Part shown: one piece after another, positions 36,847 through 46,704 of the stretch
Layout of the letters: every line of letters starts with the position of its first letter
Position numbering within the stretch: the first letter of the stretch is position 1
Source: a virus
IMG/VR virus record: IMGVR_UViG_3300028392_000030
Span: 96,001 to 160,000 of that record
Strand: one strand, 5' to 3'
Length of the DNA stretch: 64,000 nucleotides
Translations under genes and position numbers: made by a program
The notes under the pieces: generated by a model
Seen by the model: only the letters and a program-made list of their open reading frames with translations
What the model was told of the DNA's origin: nothing
Databases searched by the model: none

Positions 36847-38492
36847 ACTGTTGTTGGTACCGTTTGAGTTGATGGTTTTGTTCCAAGGAATTCAGCTTTG
36901 TTAACTGGAGATACCACTGGTCTTGCAGCCATTCTATTAAACGCTACTTTGGCCAATTCAGTATTACTTCCTATCCGCGGAACCGTTACACTGCTAGTAG
37001 ACGTAGCCGAGGCAACGGCATTGGCCGATGTATCATTTAAGTTGGTAGTGACATCAACTCCACTGTTGTGTCCTTTGAACGGTTCGTGGGTAGGAGCTCT
37101 GGTAACAATAGTTGGTAATACTCCGGGCTCAGACACCCAACCTTTATTGGCTACCCATCGCGTGTCGGGCAGTTTGAATCCGCTCATGCTGGCCACTGGA
37201 CTGACTGCCGCGGCAGATCCGCCATTTAAGTTAATAACTGATGCCTTGAGATTTAAACTTGATCCAGCATTCCAACTGCCAGATTTACTTTGTAATGACA
37301 ATGCGCCGTCACTTCTAATTCCAACTCGAGTTTGCCCATACATAGATATTGCCTGGGCGGTACTTATGGTAATACCTGCGACTCCTTCTAACTTGAGCTG
37401 AGTGTTGGCTTTAGCTTTGATACTTCCGCCGGCATACATGTTGATGTCTTTGTCGGCATGCAAGTTTAAGGTGCCTTGTGTTCTGACATTGACCGAATTG
37501 GTGCTGTAAAGATCTATAGTTCCGTTTTGTCCTAGTTCGATCCAGCTTTGTCCATTGGCATGACAAATATAAAAACAATTGCCGTCGTCGCTCATGGTTA
37601 TCTGATGGCCTTTGGCTGTGCGTATACGCACTAAGGTATCTTTGCCACCTAGGTCACCATCGTCCATGACCAAGGTGTGGCCACCCATACGACCAATCAC
37701 TACTATGTCTTGTGGTTTAACTGCGCCTGTTTCTAACTGTTTCTTGATAGTTTCTGGTTTTAATCCGCCCTGATATATGGGCTTTCCTGGAGTGCTGATT
37801 CCATATACCGAACTAGGACTTTCTCGTTGACTACTGCTTTTGATAGGTCCACGAACAGTATCAGTGATTAATCCTTGTTGTAGAAATGTGCCAGCAATGA
37901 CACTTTGCACTGGTTTCTGTTGATCATAAAACTTGGGATTCTGATTAATGCCGACGTTCAGTTCGTTAATTTCTGTTACTGGCAACTGTGTAGCATCACC
38001 AAATAGCCCCGACGCTTTGGCTGTGCTTGATAGTGCATATTCTTTTGTGTCTACTGCACCAATTGCTGGAATCATACGATTGATTCCGTTTACTGGCACA
38101 CACCCTACATAGAAACCTTTAGTAGGATCGCCACCTACAAAGAAACACAATACTTGAACTCCAATGTCCGGCGGTGTAAACCACATGCCATAGCTGTTGC
38201 TATTGCCAGGATATGTGCCGGCTCCTGCACTGGTTCCTAACGGTGCTGTTGCTCCGTAAAAAGGCGGACAATAACTCACTGTGCGCCACAAACTAGGATC
38301 ACCTAGATTAGGTGTGCCGTCTTTATTGGTAGCACCAAATTGATCAATATACACTTGTAGTCGTCCACTACGGGTAGTATCTACATTGTTGACCACTGTG
38401 CCAATAAACGGACCCATTTCCGCAGGCATGCCACCACGATCAAATTTGTAGTTCTCTGGGCGACCTCGACTTCTTTGCGTATTCTCTGACAT
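36843..38492 (-). CDS. gp5: Baseplate hub/spike protein (gp5/VgrG-like, no lysozyme domain)
   Basis: OB-fold GTVVNNVD...GRLQVYI, PPDIGVQVLCFF; RIRTAKGHQITMSD and beta-helix repeats. Confidence 0.8.
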   Translation of the reverse strand: MSENTQRSRGRPENYKFDRGGMPAEMGPFIGTVVNNVDTTRSGRLQVYIDQFGATNKDGTPNLGDPSLWRTVSYCPPFYGATAPLGTSAGAGTYPGNSNSYGMWFTPPDIGVQVLCFFVGGDPTKGFYVGCVPVNGINRMIPAIGAVDTKEYALSSTAKASGLFGDATQLPVTEINELNVGINQNPKFYDQQKPVQSVIAGTFLQQGLITDTVRGPIKSSSQRESPSSVYGISTPGKPIYQGGLKPETIKKQLETGAVKPQDIVVIGRMGGHTLVMDDGDLGGKDTLVRIRTAKGHQITMSDDGNCFYICHANGQSWIELGQNGTIDLYSTNSVNVRTQGTLNLHADKDINMYAGGSIKAKANTQLKLEGVAGITISTAQAISMYGQTRVGIRSDGALSLQSKSGSWNAGSSLNLKASVINLNGGSAAAVSPVASMSGFKLPDTRWVANKGWVSEPGVLPTIVTRAPTHEPFKGHNSGVDVTTNLNDTSANAVASATSTSSVTVPRIGSNTELAKVAFNRMAARPVVSPVNKAEFLGTKPSTQTVPTTV

Positions 38493-38495
38493 GCT

Positions 38496-41400
38496 TTATC
38501 CGAAAAAATCATTTAAATCTGCTGGTGTGCTCTGTGGAGCATCCAACAGACGTGGTGTTTCATTGTTTCCGGCAGACAGATATTCACTGGTTGATGCCGA
38601 ATCACCTGAATCATCTGTGCCTGCCATAGTCTGATTACTTACCGGGTTTACAACCGGTGGCCTTTCAATGTCTGCAATTTGTGGTATACCCAGTCTGGCA
38701 CGAATATAAGGATCAGTAGGGTCGGCATTACCTAAAGCCGCTCGTTGTTCAGCGGTCAATCCATAATATGGATCTACTACAGCGGCTGCTCCTGCGGTAT
38801 TCACTGTGTTGTTTAATTTTGATGGCGAGGTTATTGAGCTGTTTAATATACCTATTACTTGATTACTGCTAGTAGGTAGCCCTGGAAGAACTGATGGCCT
38901 TGTTGACTGGCCGCCTAATACGTTTTGTGCCAAGAAATTTACAGCAGCGTTTGTTGCCGCGCCAACTGCGCCATTGACCGTGGTTGGTATCCAAGCTGGC
39001 ATTGCAAATCCGCCAATGGCTGCAGTTGCAGAAGCACCGACTCTACCAGAACTCAAAGCAGTAATGGCCTGTTGTTGAAGAAATTCTGTAGCAGCTGCAG
39101 CTGCGGCATTGTCTGCTGTGGTTTTTTCTAGCAGTATACTGCCTTTGATTTCTTGTGTAAATTTACCTTTGGCAAACGTGCTATAACATTCTTTGGCAAT
39201 AAATGTTCTATTAATTGCGGCTGGTCCGCCGGCGCGACCAGTCAGTGCAGTAGCATCAGTGCCGGCACCAGACGTTGAAGAAACTGCTTGGCCAGTGATT
39301 GTTTGTAATCCAGTATTGAGATTATAGTCATCAGCTGAGTTGAATGCAATACGATACAAAATTTGTCCAGCATCAAAATTTATTGTGCCATCAGCTAAAA
39401 AAGAACTAAAATAATCAGAACTACCAATTGGGCGTCCAACAAATGCTTCCCCTTGTTGTAACCAGGACGGATCACCTACAATGGTTATTGAGCTTTCTTT
39501 AAAGTCTGCTGGATTAAACAATTGTTCAGCAGCATTGGCCACAGGTTCATTGGTTTTGCCATCGGCACCTTGACTGCTTTCTGTGCTTCGTGTTTGATGA
39601 CTTTGTTGAATTTGATCCTCAGGCGCCTTGCCTGACCCTGCACCTGCTTTGTTAAAATTGATGCCAGTCAAGGTTAGGTAATATAGATTATTCAAGGTTT
39701 CTTCGTAATTTAATACCGAAGTGTTTTTACCAGTAAACCAATAGTTGTATTCTTTTTGCACTCCTGTAAAAGTTGGTTTAGGAAAGTATTGACTGTTGAG
39801 TTGTGCAATGCGGTATGGACTGATGATGTATTTGATATTATAAGCAAAGTCATTTCGCTTGGGGTCGTACTTGTCAAATTGCGGTGTGGCCTGAAGATTG
39901 ATTTTGAACCAAGCTACATTTTTTGCGGCTGTTCCATTGCTTAATAGTTGTCCAGTTTTTTGATCATAGGTAACCAACTGTTGGTCTTCAAGATAAGAAC
40001 TATTACGAACAATTTGATCCAGCAGTTGCACAATCTGCATACCAGCTGTTGCGCCCTGCGTCCGACTGTTGGTGTCTACACTCTGTTTACTACCTAACTT
40101 TTGATCAGCAGCTGTTGTGCCAACAGCGTTACTAGTTTTACTTCGATCAATGTTCCCTGGTTTTTTTACCTTGGCATTTTTTAATGCTGCAGTGGCAAAC
40201 TCCACAGAATAAACATCTGGATAGGTGTATGGAAAGTCAGCGCCAGGACCCGATAACTCACGTTGATAATTGTTTAGTGCAGTTATTAGTCCTTGACGAA
40301 TAGTTCCTCTTGAAATTACAGCAGCATTGGCTGGAGCTGGAGGATTACTTGATCCTTCTCGATCTCGTTCTTCATCTTGACGATTTGGATTGTTTGCAAC
40401 ATCTAAACCGCCATTTATTAAATCATTCACAGATTGGCCGTTAAGTTCAATATTGTAAGGAATAGATCCACGTTTAGAACCCACGTTGATGTTGTAATGC
40501 ACTCCAACGGCCTTGACATCATATTCGACCAATTTGCTACCTACTTTAAATTTAATGTCTTTGATCTGGATTGGGAAAAATTTTTCTACAAACGCATTGG
40601 CATCTGTATTTGTGTTGGCACTGTTGAGGTTGCCTGGTGCACCTCTGACCAAGTTGCCATTTTGATCGTAGCCATAAAATCGTATGACCATTAGATATAC
40701 AATACTGGACAAACTTTTTTTAGTTGCTACATCTGGATAAAATTGTTGCGCCGCTTTGGTCAAGTTAGGAATAAGAGTGATACCAGTGGGCTCGGTTATG
40801 GTAAAGTCTATATCAACCACATTGTGGCCTGATCCTGTTCCTTTGCCCATTATTTTAGATTGCAGTTTAACTGTTTCAATGTAATAATCGTTTCCAAAAT
40901 AGGGTGTTCGACTTCCTGTAGGAATGCCTGCACTTTGCATTAACAGCGCACAACCGGTTAGATTTTTTCTCCCAGTGGCGACCATAGTTGTATAGGCTTC
41001 TTTAGTAGTGAGATAAAGAGAAACACCATAGGTGTAACTGGCGTATTGATCCAACACATTTGGCAAGGGTGTTATTGGTGAATTACTGAAAATTGTATTG
41101 ATTTCTTGTTGTGTTGCATTTGGAGTTCGTGCTTGGCCAGAATCTTCTCCTGAGGCACCGGCACCTATTTGTGTGTTGGCCGGAGGAGCCGCCAAGTCAG
41201 GGGATGAAATTACACCGTTGCCACGTAAACCTGATCCACTGCCAGCAAATTGTTGTGCGGCAGCCAATTGTGCTTGTGTTAATCTACCGGGACCGCCAGT
41301 GGCCTGTGTTTGACTAAGAGGTCTAACTGGTGCATCCAGTCCTTGATTTACATTAGGAACACCTGTGGCAGAATCACCTGGTGGCGTAGCATTGGTACCA

Positions 41401-41750
41401 GATGTAGTGTCTGGCACTGTGGCTATGCGACCGTCGGGTCGCAGGACTTGTTGTGGGTTATCTGGCGACTGTGGTAACGATCCTGTGGCCGTAGCCAACT
41501 GGTCTTCCCTGACCAAGTTTCCTGAGCTGGCTGTAGACAGTGCGCCTGTGGTAATGGCATTGGCAATAAATTGTTGACCGCCTTGTGCCACAAATTGAGC
41601 ATAGGCCTGTGCTTCTAATGTTCCAGGAGCAGCCCCAGAATATGTGTCATTGCCCAGTTGAATGCTCAACTGGATCGCCGTCATTTGTTTTAAAGACAAA
41701 GGTTGCCCTGGTACATAAAGTTCACCGCCAATCAAAAGTTGTGTGGCCAT
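38496..41750 (-). CDS. Baseplate hub/tail protein with long low-complexity termini
   Basis: NVLDQYASYTY, FTITEPTG core; position between gp53 and gp5. Confidence 0.55.
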   Translation of the reverse strand: MATQLLIGGELYVPGQPLSLKQMTAIQLSIQLGNDTYSGAAPGTLEAQAYAQFVAQGGQQFIANAITTGALSTASSGNLVREDQLATATGSLPQSPDNPQQVLRPDGRIATVPDTTSGTNATPPGDSATGVPNVNQGLDAPVRPLSQTQATGGPGRLTQAQLAAAQQFAGSGSGLRGNGVISSPDLAAPPANTQIGAGASGEDSGQARTPNATQQEINTIFSNSPITPLPNVLDQYASYTYGVSLYLTTKEAYTTMVATGRKNLTGCALLMQSAGIPTGSRTPYFGNDYYIETVKLQSKIMGKGTGSGHNVVDIDFTITEPTGITLIPNLTKAAQQFYPDVATKKSLSSIVYLMVIRFYGYDQNGNLVRGAPGNLNSANTNTDANAFVEKFFPIQIKDIKFKVGSKLVEYDVKAVGVHYNINVGSKRGSIPYNIELNGQSVNDLINGGLDVANNPNRQDEERDREGSSNPPAPANAAVISRGTIRQGLITALNNYQRELSGPGADFPYTYPDVYSVEFATAALKNAKVKKPGNIDRSKTSNAVGTTAADQKLGSKQSVDTNSRTQGATAGMQIVQLLDQIVRNSSYLEDQQLVTYDQKTGQLLSNGTAAKNVAWFKINLQATPQFDKYDPKRNDFAYNIKYIISPYRIAQLNSQYFPKPTFTGVQKEYNYWFTGKNTSVLNYEETLNNLYYLTLTGINFNKAGAGSGKAPEDQIQQSHQTRSTESSQGADGKTNEPVANAAEQLFNPADFKESSITIVGDPSWLQQGEAFVGRPIGSSDYFSSFLADGTINFDAGQILYRIAFNSADDYNLNTGLQTITGQAVSSTSGAGTDATALTGRAGGPAAINRTFIAKECYSTFAKGKFTQEIKGSILLEKTTADNAAAAAATEFLQQQAITALSSGRVGASATAAIGGFAMPAWIPTTVNGAVGAATNAAVNFLAQNVLGGQSTRPSVLPGLPTSSNQVIGILNSSITSPSKLNNTVNTAGAAAVVDPYYGLTAEQRAALGNADPTDPYIRARLGIPQIADIERPPVVNPVSNQTMAGTDDSGDSASTSEYLSAGNNETPRLLDAPQSTPADLNDFFG

Positions 41751-41751
41751 G

Positions 41752-42054
41752 TTAGAATCCCAATGTATCGCGCAGTGTGTTTATGGTAGGAAGATAAATG
41801 GTAGTTCCTGCTTTGAAATCCAAAGGCGGCGCTTGTAGCGTGTTGGGATTGCGTTGATAAAATACCCACCACAAGGTTGGTGTTTGATACAAGTCAAGTG
41901 CCAATAGATCTGGCCTATATTGATAGGTTAAATTTATCACCATCTGCTGATCGTCTGGCAGTTTTGGTATAGGCCTGTTGACCATTGGGTTAAGATAGAA
42001 CTGTGTGTAGCCCGTGGTAAAATAAGGACTGGTTGAGTCGTATGTGTTGGCCAT
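41752..42054 (-). CDS. gp53: Baseplate wedge subunit (gp53/LysM-like)
   Basis: YQYRPDLLALDLY..PTLWWVF..RNP. Confidence 0.75.
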   Translation of the reverse strand: MANTYDSTSPYFTTGYTQFYLNPMVNRPIPKLPDDQQMVINLTYQYRPDLLALDLYQTPTLWWVFYQRNPNTLQAPPLDFKAGTTIYLPTINTLRDTLGF

Positions 42055-44054
42055 TACCAGAATCCTCCTTTAAGCAAGTTACCATTGGCAAAACCTCTGA
42101 GACTAAATTGTTGACTGACTTGACTGCGTGTCTGCACTGGCAATAACACCAGGCTCATTTCCATCTTGGTAGGAACATAGGTAGGGTTGCCGGCGGCCAA
42201 GCTGCCTTGTGGTGCAAACGGTGCTGTTACAGCACCTGGAAAAATCTTCTGCCCAAGACTGGAGAGCCGTTGAATCGTACTGCTTATTGGATTCCCTAAA
42301 GTTGTTTGTCTAGTGCGAGCGGCCAATTGGTTACCACCATTGACCACAGTGCTTTGGGCACGAATATAGTTGACGTCTGCGGGCAAGTTGTAGTTGAACT
42401 GTGACACCAAGCAAGGATGTCGATTAAACTGAAAGTCTCCTAGACCACTTAAAAATACCAGTGGTGGAGGTGTTCCGCGTTGTGCATCTTGTCCATAGAA
42501 CATTTTGGTAACTGACCTGAAAAAATGTATGCAGGCCAGCATATAATTGGCCTCTACAGTATCTTGAGCTGTGAATGTGGCTTTGATGTTGATGCCATCT
42601 ATATAACTGTTCTGATAAAAATAACCACGATAGTTACTGTGTGTAAGGTCATACTGAGAATAATTTGCCCGGTATGCTGTGTCTATTGTTGGTGTGTATG
42701 GAAATATTACTCCGTCGGTATCTCGTAGAGGCCAAAGCAATGGCCCGCAATCAGGTGCGTTATACAAATAGTCAGATGCGTTTGCTAACTGCAATCTTAC
42801 ACGCCAATCACCAGTGGCCGCATTTGTATTGCTTTGGACTCGGGCTGTTTGTTGATTCTGCGCTTGTCTCAATAGTCCTTGAGCTCTTGCGGCGGCATCA
42901 GCAATTGCAGTTGTGACTGCTGTGCCACCCGGAATTAAGCTCGCAGCTGCGGCAAGAGCTTCTGCGGTCGATAAAGGCGGTGTGGCCAAACTAGGATCGT
43001 TGACTGTGCCCGGAGTGTTGGTTTTTATTATTTGAGTAACATTTGAAGTTGGAGAATCACCAGCATCAACAAATGTTTGATCCTGTGCTTGTAGTATGGC
43101 CTGTTGCTGAGTTAATCCAGTGGCTACAATTTGCCCAGTTTGTTCATTCTTTACATAGTAAGTGCCATTTTCTGGATCTTGTCCAGTGGTGTAACCAACA
43201 TTGCCAGCTGACCTGTCTACCTGACCGGCTGGAACATTGGTTGTTCTCTGTGACGATGCTATTGCGCTAGGATCATTGTTGGGATTAGCTGGGCCTGTAC
43301 CAGTAGGAATCAATGAACCATTGGCGTCGACTGGTTGTCCGTCGCCATTGACAAATCCACCAAAGCCATCATCATAGATATTACCTACACTTTCACCGTC
43401 GGCCTTTGTTGTGCTTGGCGCAGCCGATGCAGTGGTTGTGGCCGGAGCCGGTGGTCCTACAAAGCCTGGATTACTAGGATCAGTAACTGGACCTGCTTTG
43501 ACTGAGTTGACCGCAGCATTGAGACTACGAGTGGCATAGGGTTGCAAGGCTGGCGGAACATTTTGTGCAATTACTTGTTTTGCTGTTTGACCCACAAATT
43601 GTTTAGCATACCCTTCTACCGTTTTACTGATTTTCTCCGGAGTGATTTGAGCCAGTTGTTTTTTTATAGCATCTTGAGCTGAAGTTAATGCGTCGCTGGC
43701 TTTGGCCTGCAGCTGCTCAAGAGTGCTGGGCGGTGTAAAAGCTCCTTGCTCAGGAACTCCGTAGCCTTCTATTTCAGTAGCCCCAGGATTGAGTGCAGTG
43801 GCGCCTGTTTCATTGACACCATATCCTTCAATTGCGGTTGGGTCATTGACAATTGATGCCGGATTAGTAGCATCAACAAAGTTGGAATCGCCGGCAAAAT
43901 CGCCCACCTGATCCCATTGTCCAAATGAGTCACCTACATTGGATGTCAAATTCTCCGCGCCATAATCCAAGGCATCAGGACTTACCTCGACCACCGAATC
44001 AACCGGAACGGCATCTACATTCTCGACTATGTCTGCAAAATCTTCAATACCCAT
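42054..44054 (-). CDS. Tail tube initiator/baseplate-tube junction protein (gp48/gp54-like) with long N-terminal extension
   Basis: C-terminal DWRVRL...GVIFPYTP...THSNY...PPPLVFLSGLG domain. Confidence 0.6.
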   Translation of the reverse strand: MGIEDFADIVENVDAVPVDSVVEVSPDALDYGAENLTSNVGDSFGQWDQVGDFAGDSNFVDATNPASIVNDPTAIEGYGVNETGATALNPGATEIEGYGVPEQGAFTPPSTLEQLQAKASDALTSAQDAIKKQLAQITPEKISKTVEGYAKQFVGQTAKQVIAQNVPPALQPYATRSLNAAVNSVKAGPVTDPSNPGFVGPPAPATTTASAAPSTTKADGESVGNIYDDGFGGFVNGDGQPVDANGSLIPTGTGPANPNNDPSAIASSQRTTNVPAGQVDRSAGNVGYTTGQDPENGTYYVKNEQTGQIVATGLTQQQAILQAQDQTFVDAGDSPTSNVTQIIKTNTPGTVNDPSLATPPLSTAEALAAAASLIPGGTAVTTAIADAAARAQGLLRQAQNQQTARVQSNTNAATGDWRVRLQLANASDYLYNAPDCGPLLWPLRDTDGVIFPYTPTIDTAYRANYSQYDLTHSNYRGYFYQNSYIDGINIKATFTAQDTVEANYMLACIHFFRSVTKMFYGQDAQRGTPPPLVFLSGLGDFQFNRHPCLVSQFNYNLPADVNYIRAQSTVVNGGNQLAARTRQTTLGNPISSTIQRLSSLGQKIFPGAVTAPFAPQGSLAAGNPTYVPTKMEMSLVLLPVQTRSQVSQQFSLRGFANGNLLKGGFW

Positions 44055-44065
44055 TTATTGAATCC

Positions 44066-44458
44066 TTAATATGTTTCACTTAAAACTGCGGTATCAGTTT
44101 CGTCAGTTGGATTAGCATGAACGCAATACCAAACCGAATCCTCTAATGTGTATATTTGATAACGAATCATAGCATCAATCTTCACATGCATTGGTGCTGA
44201 TATTTTAGTTTTTTCTTGCCCGTTGTCTATTATAACCGAGCCTTCAGCAAGAATACTGATGTGATTGTCTGGAAAACGTTTGGTGTATAACTTTAATCCT
44301 TTGGGCACCATAAACAATTTTATATACACACCATCACTTAATACATGATTGATTTTGGCTACATCTAAAAGTTTCATGCGCTTAGGCCGTGTTACAACCG
44401 GCGTGTCGGCAACAACTGGGTCTGTATCTAATGGCATTTGTGTATCAGTATTCAGCAT
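44066..44458 (-). CDS. Cupin-fold protein
   Basis: HVLSDGVYIK...HISILAEGSV...WYCVHAN; start probably 44458, 4 nt after TAAATA. Confidence 0.6.
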   Translation of the reverse strand: MLNTDTQMPLDTDPVVADTPVVTRPKRMKLLDVAKINHVLSDGVYIKLFMVPKGLKLYTKRFPDNHISILAEGSVIIDNGQEKTKISAPMHVKIDAMIRYQIYTLEDSVWYCVHANPTDETDTAVLSETY

Positions 44459-44501
44459 CTTGTATTTACCCAAAACAAAATAGGCGTAGTTTATAAAAAG
44501 G

Positions 44502-44529
44502 TTGACAACTGTGGTTTTTGTGCTACAAT
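44502..44529 (+). promoter_or_regulatory. Sigma70-type promoter of gp55
   Basis: TTGACA-16 nt-TACAAT with TGn extended -10; SD AGGAG before GTG 44555. Confidence 0.75.
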
Positions 44530-44554
44530 AAATATATTATTAGGAGACCCATCT

Positions 44555-45472
44555 GTGGCCACATCACTGCTTCCAAGAACCCCGGCAAAAACCAACTATC
44601 TCAACAACAGAGATATCTTAAAACAAATACACCTTAGCAAAAACACATACTGTTCGTATACAGATCCTGTTGCAGATCATCAATATGATATTATTTTACC
44701 CAGCTTGGCCAAGATCAATCAACGCACAGTGGCCGAAGCCAGACGCAATCGTGCAGACCGTTTAAAGCGTGAAGGTACGATCATTGACCCAAAAAAGATA
44801 CCCAACACTGACTTGGTATTCCGTATTACCTGTTGGGAGCATATACCCATGGCACCCAAAAAAGTGTCTAAAAATGCTACAAAAAAGAAAAAAATTGAAG
44901 ATATATTTGATTTAGACTTGCCAGAAGAAGATGATCCATTGGCCGAATTGATTGATATTCCTGTGTTAGATCCCAAACATGTCAGATTAAACTTTCCTCC
45001 TTTTTATCACTACAGAATAGATGAAAACAAACAGCCGTACCAAGTGGGCAAGAGTCACTGGATCGGCGATTTTGACAATGGAGAGTTCAGCAAGGACCAC
45101 GGACAAGTCACACGCACCTTGGCTACTATGTATATGAAATTATGCGAGCGTTATGCCACACGATCAAACTGGAGAGGATACACTTACAATGAAGAAATGC
45201 GCGGACAAGCCCTGTTACAACTCAGTCAAATTGGACTGCAATTTGATGAATCAAAATCGCAGAACCCTTTTGCGTATTATACTGCCGCTATCACTAATAG
45301 CTTTACTCGTATCTTGAATCTTGAAAAGAAGAATCAAAACATTCGAGATGACATGTTGGAACAGGCTGGCCTTAATCCAAGTTGGACACGCCAGAATGCT
45401 GGCAAGAAAAATCAAAATTTAAGTTCTGCGGTTACCAATATTGACGTTGCCGAATACAACAATACAAATTAA
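44555..45472 (+). CDS. gp55: T4-like late transcription sigma factor
   Basis: NYLNNRDILKQI, YTYNEEMRGQAL, FDESKSQNPFAYYT...NSF.RIL..EK; start revised to GTG after SD. Confidence 0.9.
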   Translation: MATSLLPRTPAKTNYLNNRDILKQIHLSKNTYCSYTDPVADHQYDIILPSLAKINQRTVAEARRNRADRLKREGTIIDPKKIPNTDLVFRITCWEHIPMAPKKVSKNATKKKKIEDIFDLDLPEEDDPLAELIDIPVLDPKHVRLNFPPFYHYRIDENKQPYQVGKSHWIGDFDNGEFSKDHGQVTRTLATMYMKLCERYATRSNWRGYTYNEEMRGQALLQLSQIGLQFDESKSQNPFAYYTAAITNSFTRILNLEKKNQNIRDDMLEQAGLNPSWTRQNAGKKNQNLSSAVTNIDVAEYNNTN

Positions 45473-46659
45473 TGGATAAAAAATCTGTATACTGCACCGC
45501 TCCGTGGAACGGGTTGAATATCCGTGAAAATGGAAAAGTCCTCACGTGTTGTGTTGGCCGTAAAGTTTTAGTAGATTTAAAAATTGACGACGTCAACAAC
45601 ATTGAACAATCAACAGTGCTACAGGAAATTCGTAATACAATGTTAACTGGCAAGCCGGACGTTGAAAATTGTAGCAACTGCATTAAACAAGAAAAAAATG
45701 ATGGGTTTTCTACATTACGAAATCATTTTAATAAATTTTATCCAGATTTTGACTCCAACTGTATTATTCCAAAATATTTAGATCTGCGCTGGAATAATAC
45801 TTGCAACCTTGCTTGTATGTATTGTGGGCCACATTTTAGTAATACGTGGAATACTAAATTAAAACAAAATAGTAGTGCATGGAATAATAATTTAAAACAA
45901 AACAATTTAAAACCAGTTAACCCGTATCAAGACGAATTATTAAGTTGGGTGTTAGATCGTGCATCACATGTAAAAGAAATTGCGTTAGTTGGTGGTGAAC
46001 CATTATTAATGAAACAAAATTACGAATTATTGAAGTTGTTACCACTAGATTGCCAAATCAGTATTATTACTAATTTAAGTTATGATTTAAAAAATTTACC
46101 TTGTTTACCAGATTTATTAAAACGACCAGCAGACAATATTAAGTGGACCATAAGTGCAGAAAATACACACCAACAATTTGAATATGTTCGACAAGGTGCT
46201 AACTGGGCCCAATTTGAAGATAATATTAAATTTTTACGACAACATTGGGAAAATAGCATTACCCTTAATATGGTCTATAGTATTTTTAATGCTTTTGAGC
46301 TATTAGAAATTGTAAAGACCTACAAATTTCTAGGGATACAAAAATTTAATTTATTACCAGTGGACGCAAACGATTCGATAAATGTTTCTTTTATGCCTAC
46401 CCCTATTAGGCTATTAGCTAAGAAAATATTAGATCAAATTATTGAATTTCATGTCAATTCGTTACATCCAGAAGACAAAGATTTATATCCTATATTAGGA
46501 TTTGAACAAATAATGATACATTTAGAACAAGGCAGTGGACAAACAATCGGTTTAGAAGATTTTCAAAAACAAATTAACTGGTATGATCAATGGAGTAGTA
46601 TTCCTTTTAAAGATCTTTGGCCTGATGTAACTGCAATAACCAAGCAATATCTTATCTGA
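45472..46659 (+). CDS. Radical SAM protein inserted between gp55 and gp47
   Basis: CNLACMYC, LVGGEP, ITN; N-terminal YCTAPW...LTCC...CSNC; AT-rich; TAATG coupling. Confidence 0.88.
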   Translation: MDKKSVYCTAPWNGLNIRENGKVLTCCVGRKVLVDLKIDDVNNIEQSTVLQEIRNTMLTGKPDVENCSNCIKQEKNDGFSTLRNHFNKFYPDFDSNCIIPKYLDLRWNNTCNLACMYCGPHFSNTWNTKLKQNSSAWNNNLKQNNLKPVNPYQDELLSWVLDRASHVKEIALVGGEPLLMKQNYELLKLLPLDCQISIITNLSYDLKNLPCLPDLLKRPADNIKWTISAENTHQQFEYVRQGANWAQFEDNIKFLRQHWENSITLNMVYSIFNAFELLEIVKTYKFLGIQKFNLLPVDANDSINVSFMPTPIRLLAKKILDQIIEFHVNSLHPEDKDLYPILGFEQIMIHLEQGSGQTIGLEDFQKQINWYDQWSSIPFKDLWPDVTAITKQYLI

Positions 46660-46668
46660 CCAGTTTGC

Positions 46669-46697
46669 TTGTTTTTATTCAATTTATCGCGTATACT
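46669..46697 (+). promoter_or_regulatory. Sigma70-type promoter of gp47
   Basis: TTGTTT-17-TATACT, 7 nt to ATG. Confidence 0.5.
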
Positions 46698-46704
46698 GTA
46701 ATCT

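Noticed and set aside
17506-43270. Many short + strand ORFs across the tail/baseplate module, and similar shadow ORFs elsewhere
   Set aside because: Antisense shadows of long, motif-supported - strand genes
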